DNA of 63,466 nucleotides, counting the filler, from Chrysochromulina tobinii (taxonomy: Eukaryota), in the NCBI GenBank assembly GCA_001275005.1. It is 4 parts of 4 records of this genome, joined end to end, with 100 filler letters (N's around TTAATTAATTAA, not from the genome) between each part and the next. Parts side by side here need not be neighbours in the genome. Positions count along the whole stretch, not along the records: positions 11,599 to 27,843 come from JWZX01000314.1; 3 more parts are not named here. One strand, 5' to 3'. Shown one piece after another: positions 12,052 to 24,627 of this stretch (the first letter of the stretch is position 1; every line of letters begins with the position of its first letter). Under the pieces are notes generated by a model. That model saw only the letters and a program-made list of their open reading frames with translations. It did no database searches and was not told the DNA's origin. A program made the translations under genes and the position numbers.

Positions 12052-14677
12052 ATGGCAGCGAGTGGTGGCCGCCAAAGGCTTCAGCGTAGGAGGCAGCGAG
12101 TGGTGGCCGGTCGCGAGAACATTGCCCTCCTTACTGCAATTTTCGCGACATTGAGTGGCACCAGCGCCATAGCATGGAACGACCCCAATGCGCCCTGGCA
12201 AGTGAAAAAGAACGAGCCCACGGTGCACACGATTCAACAGCTGGACAAGCCTGCTATGCGTCTCTACGGCATTTTCTCGACAGTAGAAGGTCCCTGGGGC
12301 GCAGGTGGAGGCATGACCTGGACGGATGAAGATGTAGCCGCCGCGTCGCATCTCGAGATGGCATTTCCGGTGCGTTGAGCTGCGGCTTCTCACACCACCC
12401 GCCGGCTCCTCGCCCTGCTCGCCACGTTACGCCCATCGTGCTGCTCGCTCACGCTGTGTTACTGATCGAGACTCGCGGCGCGCGCACCAGATGTTTTCTG
12501 ATGGCACGGTGGCGAAGCTCGATAAAACCAGCATCATCAAGATCAAGTACAAGAACTTTGGTGGCAGTGGCCAAGCGGCGTTTGAGCCAGGCTTTGTGGA
12601 ATCGCAACACCACGAAGATGTCGCCTACTACCGCACAGGCTTGCTCTCGGATGGCATCGACGAGGTGCAGACCACCTTTCGCGTGCGGCGCGTAAGGCAC
12701 ACCGACTTTCCGACTGACGCGTCCGTCGCAGCTCCGAGTGGCCTCGACGCCCGACAGACAAGCATCCCTCACAAGAGCACGGTGACCACAATCGACGGAG
12801 TCCCCCAGTGTTCCGAATGCAACTCACGATGTGTGGACGGAGTGCCCTGCCAACACTGGAACCCACTGTCTCCTGGCGGGCTAGTCGCGTCCACCTCGCC
12901 GGGAGATAAATCCGTCCTCAACCAGGAGACCGGCGTCGTCGAGTCGTACGTGACATGGCTGCGCATCGCCGATGAGTACATGAAGATTCTGAAGGTGGAG
13001 CCAGTCTGCGAACTACCTTGCATCTACCCCGATGCGCAAGTCACGGTCGAGCGGGGACTATGGCACTCGCCGAAGCGCTCCCACAACACCGACACCTCCG
13101 TCCTCTCGCCGATTTACCACGGCGAGGGTTGCTACCCTCAGCCGAAGAAGCTCAGCCCCGAAGGATCCTGCCTACGGTATGCCTGGGACCCGGCGAGGCC
13201 CTATGTGGCCGAGTACCTCGCAGATGCCTACAATAGCAGCTACGATGGCCTGTGGCTCGACTGCTTCGGCGCGACGCCCCATCTGGCGTACAATGCCATC
13301 GGCAACGATATGCGCAAGTTCATATGGAACGTCGCCGAAGACGTCAAGTATGGACTCGACGGCTACGTCGCGGCGCAGCACACTCTCGTGGAGCGCGTGC
13401 GGGAGCTGACGGCGAGGAAGGGCGCGACGCACCTGTACGCCAACAACGTCGACCGATGGGTGAGTGCGCCTGTGCTGCTGAAGCCTCGCGTTCTCCTCGA
13501 CGGTGGCGCCAAGGAGAGCTTCGCCATCCGCGTGAATGAAAACGAGCCGTGCACTGCGGGCACTGCGGGCCCGCAGCAAGTGTATCCCGTCGAGGAGATC
13601 GATTGGATTGCGAATATGAACCAGGTGATGAACCTGTCGGCGGCCGGCCTGCCCACCATGCCCATCATCGGCGACGCGGGCTGCAGATCGCCACAGCTCG
13701 TGAGGGCGCCAAATCGCGAAGAGCTCGAGGACTTCGGGTACGCCTCGTTCTTGCTCGCGGCCGGCACGCGGACCTCGATGTACGGCATCGTGCCGTACTA
13801 TTTTCGCAACGCGACGAAAGGACACGCGGGTGGTTACTATGTGGAGATCCACCCTCGCTACTTCCACCCCATCGGCGCGCCTCAAAAGAATGAAATGGTG
13901 GTCGAAGGCTACCGCATCGCTCCGTGCACGTTCGCCCGACTCTTCGAGACGGCGCTCGTCCTTGTCAACCCGACGGCCCACTGCTCCGACGCGAGCGTCC
14001 CGCTCAACGGCACGTGGTACGACCCGGCAGCAGGCCCAGCCAGCCAGCCCATCACGACGGTGGCGATGGCGCCAGGCAAGGGGCGCATTCTGCTGAGGTG
14101 GCACAGCAGCGATGAGGGAGCAGATCTCGAACAGATCTCGAGCGGACCTCGATCAGATCTCGAGCAGATCTCGAGCGGACCTCGAGCAGATCTCGAACAG
14201 ATCTCGAGCGGACCTCGAGCAGATCTCGAGCAGACCTCCCCACCGCTGGCGTTGCGCATCCCAGACGAGCTGACGAACCCGGAGCAGCCCATCGCAGACG
14301 AGCTGACGAACCCGGAGCAGCCCATCGCAGACGAGCTGACGAACCCGGAGCAGCCCATGCGAACGGTGCTGAAAAACACGCTGAGCTACGTCGAGAAGCT
14401 GAACAGCGCCGAAGATCAGCTCACCGCCGTCGAGGCAGCCCTCGAACAGGACCCAACAGACGACGAGCTTCTCAAGCTCAAGTCGAATCTACTTGAGGTC
14501 ATCATGCTCGAGCAGGTCCGACTTGAGCTCGCGCTCGAGGTCACGGATGGGTCCGAGCCGAAGGGGGGCGTCGTCCCGGGCACCCTCGCGCCCGAGCACC
14601 TGGAAGTCGGGTGGGCTCATCTTCGAGAGGCGATCAAGGCGGCGGCGGGATCCTCTTCATCTTCGGCCCGAGAGTGA
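12052..14677 (+). CDS. Putative secreted glycoside-hydrolase-like protein (GHL15-like TIM barrel), paralog 1; intron 12370-12490
   Basis: N-terminal hydrophobic segment; YDGLWLDCFG and ARLFETALVLVNPT motifs; C-terminal 11-aa repeats. Family assignment is from motif recall only. Confidence 0.6.
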
Positions 14678-15194
14678 ACGTATAGTGTGTGCATTTTGCG
14701 GTGCATTCACGTAGCGTGTGCAGAGGTTAGGCCAACATGGGATAGAGCAGGCTCCTGGTCCTGGTCCTGCTGATTTTGCTGTGTGAATTGGAGGATCGCG
14801 CGTTCCGGGTTGAACTTTTAGCGGAGTCCGGACGGGAGATCTTCATTTTCGCTCCACATTGACATTCTCACACAGTGCGGGTGCGGCGCTACCACTACGA
14901 TACACAGAAGTCGTACACAGAGCGGCTGCGACGGTGCGCGTCAACGAACGGCCGACGAGCTGCAGGCTCTACACAGGGATGCGGACGGTGGCAACGCTCG
15001 GCCAGATACTCGCCCACGCCGCGGCCATGTGCCTGAGACTCTACTACATGCTAAATGGAGTCGTGGACACACAGAGAGGACCTCTGTGCGGAGGTTCGCA
15101 GCCATCCCCAGCTCGCCCGTACTTACGCAGCCCCTCGAGGGCCCATGCTCCTCTCCGTCTTGAGCTCTTGAAGCTCTGCTGACTCAGTATAGCT

Positions 15195-18026
15195 TCACAA
15201 TGCAACTGGGCCGAGGATCCCACCCCCACTCGGTGCACCCCCCTTACCTCTCTCCATGAGCGCACGTTGATGATGCCAACGTTGACCCGACGCGATTAGA
15301 CGTGAGAGGCTCGCCACAGCCTTCCCCGGGGCGGGTAAGGGCTCTTCGCACGCCGCACCCTCGCATCCCGGTCTAGGCAAGCCCCCAAACACAGGCTGCC
15401 CTGGCACGGGCTCCTCCCCAATACCCTGCCCGGGCTGTAAGATGGGCATACTACCACTGCAGTCAGGACACTGGCTGCACCCGAAGTGGTGGCACTGGAC
15501 CTTGCCAAAGTCGTAGCACCATGCCCCGCACTCGCCTGTCGCCACTGGCATATGATGGCTCGGCGGTGCCGTTTTGGGCGGCGACGTGCATGGTGGCGAC
15601 GTGCGTGGCGACGACGTTTGTGGCGGCGGCGGCAGGGTGAGGGAGGGCGGCGGCCGTGGCGGCGGCGGCGTCGGCAGGCTGGAAGGGATCGATGGTGACG
15701 GCGGCGGCGGCGACGGCGGCGGCGGAAGCGGCAGAGGCGGCGGCGGCGAAGGAGAAGGCGGCAAAGGAGGAGGAGGCGGCGATAAAGGAGAAGGCGATGA
15801 AGGAGGCGGCGGAGGCGGCGAAGGAGGCGGTAGCGAAGGAGGTGGCGGCGGCGGCGAAGGAGGCGGCAGCGAAGGAGGTGGCGGCGGCGAAGGAGGTGGC
15901 GGCGGCGAAGGAGGCGGTAGCGAAGGAGGCGGCGGCGGCGAAGGAGGCGAAGGAGGCGGCATCGAAGGAGGCGGCGGCGGCGATGGAGGCGGCTGTTCTG
16001 GCGTACCCAGATCTGGTGCGCTAGAGTCGGTCGGTGGCTGCGGTTGCGTCGGCGTGTGCGCTGAAATGGAGTCGGACAACGGCATGGTCAGCAGAATGCG
16101 CCCCTGCCCCGGCGCCATCGCTACCGCCGTGATGGGCTGGCTGGCTAGGCCTGCTGCCGGGTCGTACCACGTGCCATTGAGCGGGACGTTCGCGTCGGAG
16201 CAGTTGGCCGTCGGGTTGACAAGGACGAGCGCCGTCTCGAAGAGTCGGGCGAACGTGCACGGAGCGATGCGGTAGCCCTCGAGATCCATCGATTGGAAGG
16301 AAGTTTGCCCCGCGAGATAGCCTTTAGTCTGCATGGGCGCGCCAATGGGGTAGAAGTAGCGAGGGTGGATCTTGATGAAGACACCGCCCGTGTGTCCTAC
16401 CGTCGCGTTGCGAAAATAGTACGGCACGATGCCGTACATCGAGGTCCGCGTGCCGGCCGCGAGCAAGAACGAGGCGTACCCGAAGTCCTCGAGCTCTTCG
16501 CGATTTGGCGCCCTCACGAGCTGCGGCGATCTGCAGCCCGCGTCGCCGATGATGGGCATGGTGGGCAGGCCGGCCGCCGACAGGTTCATCACCTGCCTCA
16601 TGCTTGACATCCAGTCGACTTCGGCGTTGGGTGAGAGCATAGGATCGCCAGTGCCGTAGCCGCACAACTCATCGTCATGCACGCGGATGGCGAAGCTCTC
16701 CTTGGCGCCGCCGTCGAGGAGAGTTCCAGGCGAAAGCAACACTGGACCACTCTCCCATCGGTCGACGTTGTTGGCGTACAGGTGCGTCGCGCCCTTGATC
16801 GCAATCTTCGCCCGCACGCGCTCCACGAGCATGCGCTGTGCCGCGACGTAGCCGTCATGGCTGTACCGAACGTTGCCGCTCACGTTCCACATAAACTTGT
16901 GCATATCCTCGCCGATGGCGTTGGATGCAAAGTGGGGATCGACGCCAAAGCAGTCGAGCCACAGGCCATCGTAGAGCGGTTCATACGCTTCGGCCAGGTA
17001 GTCGGCCACATAGGGCTGCGCAGGGTCCCAGGCGTAGCGGAGGCAAGAGCCGCCCCCCTTTGGATGGCAGCCCGCCGCGTGATAGATCGGCGCGAGCGTC
17101 GTCGTGTTCTCACCGTGGGCCTGCGGCATGGAGCCCCAATGGCCCCTCTCGACTGTAACGACCGCGTCGGGGTACTTGGTGGTGTAAAGGTAGGTCCCGT
17201 TGGGCAAGTAGACCTCGGCATCGTCCGGCACGACCTTCACAATCTTCATGTACTCGTTGCCGAGGCGCAGCCACGTCACGTACTTGGTCACGTGCCCTGT
17301 GTTCGCGTTGATGACGGACATGTCCTCGGTCGAGGTGGACGCGACTAGACCGCCAGGCGTTTCCGCGCTCCATTGAATGTAGGGATTTCCGTCGACGCCG
17401 CTCGGTTGCATGGCTTGGTCGGGCCTGTTGTCGTACGGATCGTCGGAGTGCACTGGGCGCCTTATCTTGAATGTTTTCGTCGTGGCATCGATGCCAAACG
17501 AGAGTAAGCCGGCGCGGTAGTAGGCAACGGCATCGTGGTATTTATCTTCCACCAAGGTTGCCTCAAACGGACCGCTGCCACCAAAGTTCTTGTACTTTAT
17601 CTTGATGACGTCAGTCTTGTCCTCGAGCTTATTCGCGGTGACCTCGGAGACAAACTGTGACGTGAGTCGCGATCCGTCTCACATGTGAGCAAGCAAGCGG
17701 GGCGAGAGGAGTGGGCGGGGTGCGGAGCCCGCTAGCGGGCTGGCTGCTCAACGCACCGGAAATATCATTTCGAGAGGTGATGCCGCGGCCACATCCTCAT
17801 CCGTCCAGACCGTGCTGTCTCCTAACCTGTCTCCGTCGCCATTCTCAGTGTTAGGCTGACCGGGCAAACCCCAAGGACCCTCTACAGTCGAGAAAATGCC
17901 GTAGAGACGCATCGCCGGCTTGTCCAGCAAGGAAAGCGACTGCGCGTGCACCATGGCGTTCTGATATATTGCGAATGCGAGCAAGGCTAGTCGCCCTCGC
18001 TGTCGCCCTCGCTGAAGGGCCGCCAT
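15195..18026 (-). CDS. Glycoside-hydrolase-like paralog 2 with SPPPP-rich stalk and small Cys-rich C-terminal module; intron 17655-17756
   Basis: Clearly homologous to 12052-14677, with the same intron position (FP|gtgcgttgagc); poly-Pro linker; CGAWCYDFGKVQCHHFGCSQCPDC. Confidence 0.6.
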
Positions 18027-18240
18027 GGTTTGTTCCTTTTTTGGGTAGCGGATTGCTACACGAGTTGCATGCTAAAACTTCCGAAACCGATTTCTCTCTC
18101 ACATCCTGATCCAACCAGTTCCGCCGGCCTTGACTTCCTTGCAAGATTTTGAGCGTCGTATTGGTATCTGCGATTCACACGCACACGCTCATCGATTCCG
18201 CACCCGTCCGGCAGGCGAGAAGTAGGTCGTCCCCGCGCTC

Positions 18241-21200
18241 ATGGCGACCACTGCCGGCGACCTTTGCATGTATGACCGAGCGTACAAGAACGACCGCCAC
18301 CTCGCCGGCGACCGCAACGCGGCGCGTGAGCGCGCGCGCTGTTGTCACACCACTGGCGTCGTGTGCCCTCTCGCTGGCACGACGACGGAGCTAACGCTGC
18401 ACATCCCCGTGTACCATGGCCGGCCTCCGTTGCCGCATCGCCCGCCTGTGGTGCGCGTGCGCGTGCTGCACGGCGGCGACAGCACGTCGGCGCCCGAGTT
18501 CGACGAGTCACAAAACATGATCCGTACGGTCCCGACCATGCGCCTGCACTACGGACCGATTCAGCGTGCGGGCCCCTTTCTGCTCGCAATCGAGGTGGAC
18601 GGAGCGCACGTCATGGGTTCGCCGTTTTCGCTGCACTGTCGACCTGGCGCGGCCGTCGCCAACAAATCCTCCTTTGACGCGGTGGCGTACACCGTGCGCG
18701 CGGGCGAGCCGGCGCATCTGATGTTCACCTGCCGTGACAGTTTTGGAAACCGGTGCGACGAAGGCGGCGCGCTTGTGACGGTGCACAATGCGAGCCCGGA
18801 GGACGATCCGGACGCTCTGGGTGCGCCGGCGCCGCCCGACACGCCCACCCTCGGCCCCCAGGAGGGGGCCCTTCATGTCCTCGATCGTGGCGACGGCTCG
18901 TACGCAGCCGTCGTTACGCACCGACGCTCAGGCATGCGCTGCTTCCACGGGTGCGTGAATGGCATCGCGGTGGCGCGGCCGGTGCGCCTGCACGTGCAGC
19001 CGGCGCCGCTCCACGCGCCGAACTGCGTGCCGTACGGCGACGCTTTCGAGTGCTTCGTCGCCGCCGGCGTGCCCGCCATCCTCAAGCTACAGGCACGAGA
19101 CATGTACGGCAACGTGATCGAGAGCGGTGGACGGAATTGGGAGGCAAAGCTCGAGTACCGCGAGCGCGAGGGCGGGATGTGGTGCGAGGCCGAACGGGCG
19201 CCCAGCGTGCGCGACGGCGCGGGCGCGGGCGAGTACGCGGTGAGCCTGTGTGCGCCGCGTGCCGGCCCAGCGCGCGTGTTGCTCCGGCCGCTCCTTAACG
19301 GGATCCCTGTGCCGGAGCTCTTTACACTCGCGCTGATGGCGTGTCCGTCGCCCGAGGATCCGGGCTCGTTTCGGCTGGCGGGCGCGGCGCTGCGTGTCGC
19401 CGTCGCAGGTGAGCCTGCCGAGCTGAGGCTGCGCCCTCGCTGATGACCGATGATGACCGCTGATGACCACTGATGACCGCTGATGACCGCTGATTGCACT
19501 CCTCATCAGGTGAGCCTGCGGAGCTGACGCTGCGCCCTCGCTGATGACCGCTGATGACCGTTGATTGCACTCCTCATCAGGTGAGCCTGCGGAGCTGACG
19601 CTGCGCCCTCGCTCGTTTGGGAAAGCTCGCACGCTGGCCGCACGCACCTTTGAAGGGTTGCGCGCTTGGCTCAGCATTGGCAGCGCGCCCCATGGCGATG
19701 GGACGCTCGACACGACGCGCACGACGCCCGACACGACGCGCACGACGGTCCCGTTGCGCATCTCACGCCGCTTGGCTGGCGAGGGCACCGTCCTCGTGGA
19801 TGGGGAGGCGGATGAGTTTGGGACGAGATGCGATCTCCTGCCGGATGAGTTTGGGACGAGATGTGATCTCCTGCCGGATGAGTTTGGGAGCTCGTTGCCA
19901 GCGGGCTCGGCGGCGCGTGAGGGCGTCGTCGTGAGCGGCGGCGGTGGCAACGGCGCCTCTGCCGCGAAGGCTGCCTATGCTGCCTGCGCCGCTTTCTCCG
20001 ATGTAGCCGTCGGCGGCAGCGTGAGCGGCGGCAAGCACGCGGTACACTCATGGCATGGCAGCTCCGGCGCCGATGACCGCTGATGACCGCTGATGACCGC
20101 TGATGACCACTGATGACCACTGATTGCACTCCTCATCAGGTACACTCATGGCATGGCAGCTCCGGCGCCGATCGGCTCCTCTGCAGCGACGAGGACACGT
20201 TTGATAGGGAGGAGTGGGCGCTGCACTTCACTTGTACGCAGGCCACACGCAGCGCCGCTGTGCACGTGGAACTCTTTGGAACGCCCATCGGCGGCGCACC
20301 GTATGCATGCACGGTGCTGCCCGGCACGACGCTCCCCTCGAAGACGACGGTGAGCTACTCGAGCGTCCTAATGACCGCTGATGACCGCTGATGACCGCTG
20401 ATGACCGCTGATGACCGTTGATTGCACTCCTCATCAGGTGAGCTACTCGAGCGCCCACGTGCGCACGGGCCAGCCGCTTCGGGTCTTCATCCAGGCGAGA
20501 GACCGGCATGGTAACGCCCGATGGAGCGGGGGCGACACCGTGCATGCAATGAGTACCGTTGATTACCGTTGATTACCGTTGATTGCACTCCTCATCAGGT
20601 AACGCCCGATGGAGCGGGGGCGACACGGTGCGTGTGCTGCTGCTTCGCAAAGGGGGGCATTCCCCCGTAACGACCAACGGCGCGGGCGCTCAGCACGGCG
20701 CGGGCGCTGGTGCTGTCAGCCCGCGGATGGGCGACCGTAAGGGTGCCCAGCACGACGCCCTCGCGGACAGGAACGCGAGCACCTCGCCCTCCGCCACCTC
20801 GCCCCCAGCCACCTCGCCCCCCGCTTCGTCGCGCGCTGCTAGTCCGACGTGGATGGCGCGTCGGGCGCAATGCTACGCCGAGCGCATCTCCGAGGCGACA
20901 GAACGCGACGCACAGACCATCTTTGCCCTCAGTACTTCGACCGCGGCCACGGGAGAGTTGGCGGCGCTGGCGGCGGCGACCAGCGCGGCGGCCAGCGCGG
21001 CGGCGGCCGAGGCTGCAGACGAGCGTGCGGCCATTGTGGCCGCCGAACGTGAGCTCTCCAAGCGCTGATGACCGCTGATGACCGCTGATGACCGCTGATG
21101 ACCGCTGATGACCGCTGATGACCGCTGATGACCGCTGATGACCGCTGATGACCGCTGATTGCACTCATCATCAGGTGAGCTCTCCATCTTCCCAGGCGAC

Positions 21201-24200
21201 CGCGCCGCGCAGGATCTCCTGATCAAGGCTGCCACCAAGCGCCTCGCAGACATCGTGCCCAGCCCGGCGCCACCCTCGACGGACGAGTTGCGAAACAAGG
21301 CAGGCAGTCCGAGGTCCCGTTCGTCCGTTGGCTCGTCATGGGTGCCGCCCGTGCAGAGCTTTGCACGGGCGCTGCCGGCCTGCCTGCCACGACCCGCCGC
21401 AGCAGCAGGAGATCGTATCTCGGCAGGAGATCGTATCTCGCGACCACTCTCGCCCGCAGCGACAGCAGCGGTCATTGCGTCCGCCATTTCGATGGCTGCG
21501 GCGGGGGGCGGCGGCACTGCAGGGACCGAGGGACAAGATGAGCGCCAAGATGAGCGCTCCTTGGTCGAGGAAATGAGCATGACCGACCGGAGTATCGAGT
21601 TACTTGAGCGACGTGGCGCTTCGACCTCGGGGTGCGAGGTCATCGACCACAACGACGGCACTTACACTTGCAATGCGGTGGTACTCGCCACCGGCCGCTT
21701 CACTCTCCACGTCTTCCTCAACGAGCGGCCCGCAGCGCGCCCTTGGCCCTTCACAGTGCGCCCGGGCATGCCAGATGCGGCCACGTCGGAGCTCAAGGTG
21801 TGATGGCCCCTGATGGCCCCTGATGACCCCTGATGGCCCCTGATGACCCCTGATGGCCCCTGATGGCCCCTGATGGCCTCTGATTGCGACCGTCATTGAG
21901 ATGCGGCCACGTCGGAGCTCAAGATCTGTCAAACGCTCGGCACTGTCGGCCGATGGATGCCGCATGCAAGTGCTCACCACGGCGCGCGTCCTACTCACAG
22001 GTCGGTCAAACGCTCGGCACTATCGGCCGATGGATGCCGCTCTGGGTGCTCGCTCGTGACGCGCATGGCAACCTGACGAACGGCGCAGGGCGTGAGCTGC
22101 CGGGGGTGGGGGACGGCGGCGATCACGGCGGCGATGGCGGCGACGGCGGCGATGGCGGCATCGAGGTACACGTCATCGGCGGGGAGGGGCGCGCGATGCA
22201 GGTGCACCGGATCGCCGAGGGTCGTTACGAGTCTGCAGTGGTAGCTATGAACGCATGTCTCCTCAGGTGAGGCCCACTGATGACTACTGATGACCACTGA
22301 TGACCGCTGATGACCGCTGGTGGCCATGAACGCATGTCTCCTCAGGGTGGCGGTGACCATCGGCGGTGTGAACCTGGCTGGCTCCCCGTTCGAGATTCAT
22401 GTGAATGCCGGCAAGACCTCCGCGTGTGCTTCACACGCCGAGGGCAGCGGCTGGCAACGGCGCGTCCTCGTGGGCGACCCGCTCGAGTTCACCATCCACG
22501 CATACGACGCGCAGGGCAACCCGCAGAACCAGCCCACGGACCAATTTGTCGTGACTCTTACCGCGCGCTCGCGCGACGGCTACTCCATCCAGCTCCGCCC
22601 GACCTACCTAGGCAGTGGGGCCACACTCGTCAAGTATGAGGTGTGAAGGGCGGTGTGAAGGGCGCTCCGATCACCCCTTCGCCCCCTGCCCACTCTCGTT
22701 CACACCACGCCATCCGCCATACCGTCGCCCATCCCCTTCACAGGTGCTCCAGCCAGGCTCCTATGTCCTCTCAGTCACCCTCAAAGGCTACCACATCAAG
22801 GAGAGCCCGTTCAACATCGTCGCCGGATCCGGCTTCTTCTCCGACGTCCTCGCTGGGCTCCCCGCCCCCCCTCCCCCCTGGATCCCCACAGGGGAGGGGT
22901 ACGCTTCCCCCCGTCCGACGTGCACGGGCGCCCTAAGTGGCACCCGTGCCACCGCCGCCCCCGCCCCCCCGCGCCTTTCGCGTAACCTCGCGACACCAGC
23001 AGTCCCGTTCGCTCGGGACGGCGCGCCGTCGCCACGCCCTGCTTCCCCACGCCCTGCACCTCCACGCCCTGCCCCGGCACGTCCGGACTCGCCACGCCCA
23101 GCCTCGCCACGCCCTGCCTTAGACGCCTCCAGCTCCTCGCCGCGCTCGCCCGACCGCGTGCTGCAGCTCGCCTCAGCGCAGCTCGAGGCGATCCGCCGGC
23201 GCGCGGCACTCAACGGCCTTGGCATGCCGCCGCCCGTCGAGGCGCTCGTCGAGGCGCTCGACGCAGCGCTCGGCCCGGCGCCACTCGACCGGCCTACCGG
23301 TAACGGTCCGCAAAGGCCTGGCGCAACGGCCGTACCCTCGCCCTTGCGACAGTTTGAGGCCTCGGTGGCCGCGGCGGGTGCGCAGATGTCCCTCGCTGAT
23401 GACCGCTGATGACCGCTGATGACCGCTGATGACCGCTGATGACCACTGATGACCGCTGATGACTGCTGATGACCGTTGATTGCACTCCTCATCAGGTGCG
23501 CAGATGTCCCTCGCTCGTGATCAATCTCGCGTGGCGAGCTCGGTGCTGCCTTCCGCGCGCAGTGCCTCTTTCGGGTCGATCGATCGGGCCTCGGCGATAT
23601 TACTGCTTCGAGACATTAAGATGCCGCCACGCCTTGCAGCAAGTCCCTCGTTTGGATCGCTCTCGGTGGGTGGGCTCAACCCATACCGGCGCTGCATGCA
23701 AGTGCTCACCACGGCGCCTCGCCTCCCTCCCCACAGGTGGATGGGCTCAACCCGACGCGCAGCTCGGTCCGGATGGATGGACACGCGTGGTGCGCGGAGC
23801 TACAGAGCTCCCGCGCGGAGCTACAGAGCTCCCGCGCGGAGCTACAGAGCTCCCGCGCGGAGCTACAGAGCTCCCGCGCGGAGCTACAGAGCGACCGGAG
23901 CCGCCGAGAGCCCGCGCGATGCCCGACACGGCGCGGCGAGCCTTACGGCGCCGTCAAGGAGGCCAGTCCGGGCGCCGTGTCGGGCGCCACCACGGCCGCC
24001 GGCGTCGTGTCCGCGCACCGGGCGCTCGACACGGCGCTCGACACGATGAAGACCCTCGCTCGCGCCAGGAGCACGGTGGACCCTCGCGCGTCGTCGAGCG
24101 CCGTCGTGAGCGCGGGTGTGCGAGGCAGCGGCGGCGCCGCCACCGGCAGGGGCGGTGGGGGCTTGAAAGCAGGCCGAGGCGATGCGCGCGCGATACCCCG

Positions 24201-24243
24201 CCCTGCTTGGGGCGTTGGCTACTCTGGAGGCCGCGCGCAGTAG
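18241..24243 (+). CDS. Filamin/ABP280-type Ig-repeat protein with about 10 introns
   Basis: VDGAHVMGSPF, DRGDGSYAAV, DHNDGTYTC, GVNLAGSPFEIHV, GYHIKESPFNIV. Frames join after removing introns 19409-19580, 20042-20139, 20350-20437, 20511-20598, 21049-21174, 21798-22000, 22267-22345, 22641-22743, 23378-23495 and 23666-23736. Confidence 0.75.
19409..23495 (+). repeat. Dispersed intronic cassette A: (ctgatgaccg)n + gattgcactcctcatcAG
   Basis: Copies end at 19509, 19580, 20139, 20437, 20598, 21174 and 23495, each directly followed by GT. Confidence 0.9.
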
Positions 24244-24627
24244 GAGGCTCTTGAGGGTACAGGCTGCTACTAACAGCCGAGAAGGCGAACTACAGCCGCC
24301 CCCGCCCGGTGAAAAAGCGTTGAGGGTCGCCGGTGCCGCTTCCTGTAGTACGTATACGTTTTAGCCGATTTAGCTGATTGCTATGCCGTTTTTTTGCGCG
24401 GCAGGTCGGGGTTCGGTTCGGGATCGCGCACCACGTTACGGTCCGGTCGGCGGGGGCCCAGCCCGGCCGCCGCCGCGCGCCGTTTTTACGCGGTGCACGC
24501 CCGGGTCTCGGGTCTGTGCACGGTGGGGGCGCGGCGCCCGCGGAAACAACTAAGTTTTCTTTCTCTCGCTCTAGAAGCGTCTAATCATGTGACACCGAAC
24601 GTACTTGGGGCGCCGTGACAGGCGCGC

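Noticed and set aside
13622..16595. Long inverted repeat as transposon terminal inverted repeats
   Set aside because: Both arms are coding parts of paralogous genes; no transposase or TSD
21060..21160. (ctgatgaccg)n as telomeric repeat or as coding SSAVISGHQR repeats
   Set aside because: Lies inside GT-AG introns whose removal restores the frame; the peptide repeats are translation artefacts
23792..23892. 21-nt tandem repeat (AELQSSR x5) and 33-nt repeat at about 19810-19890
   Set aside because: Ordinary in-frame coding minisatellites
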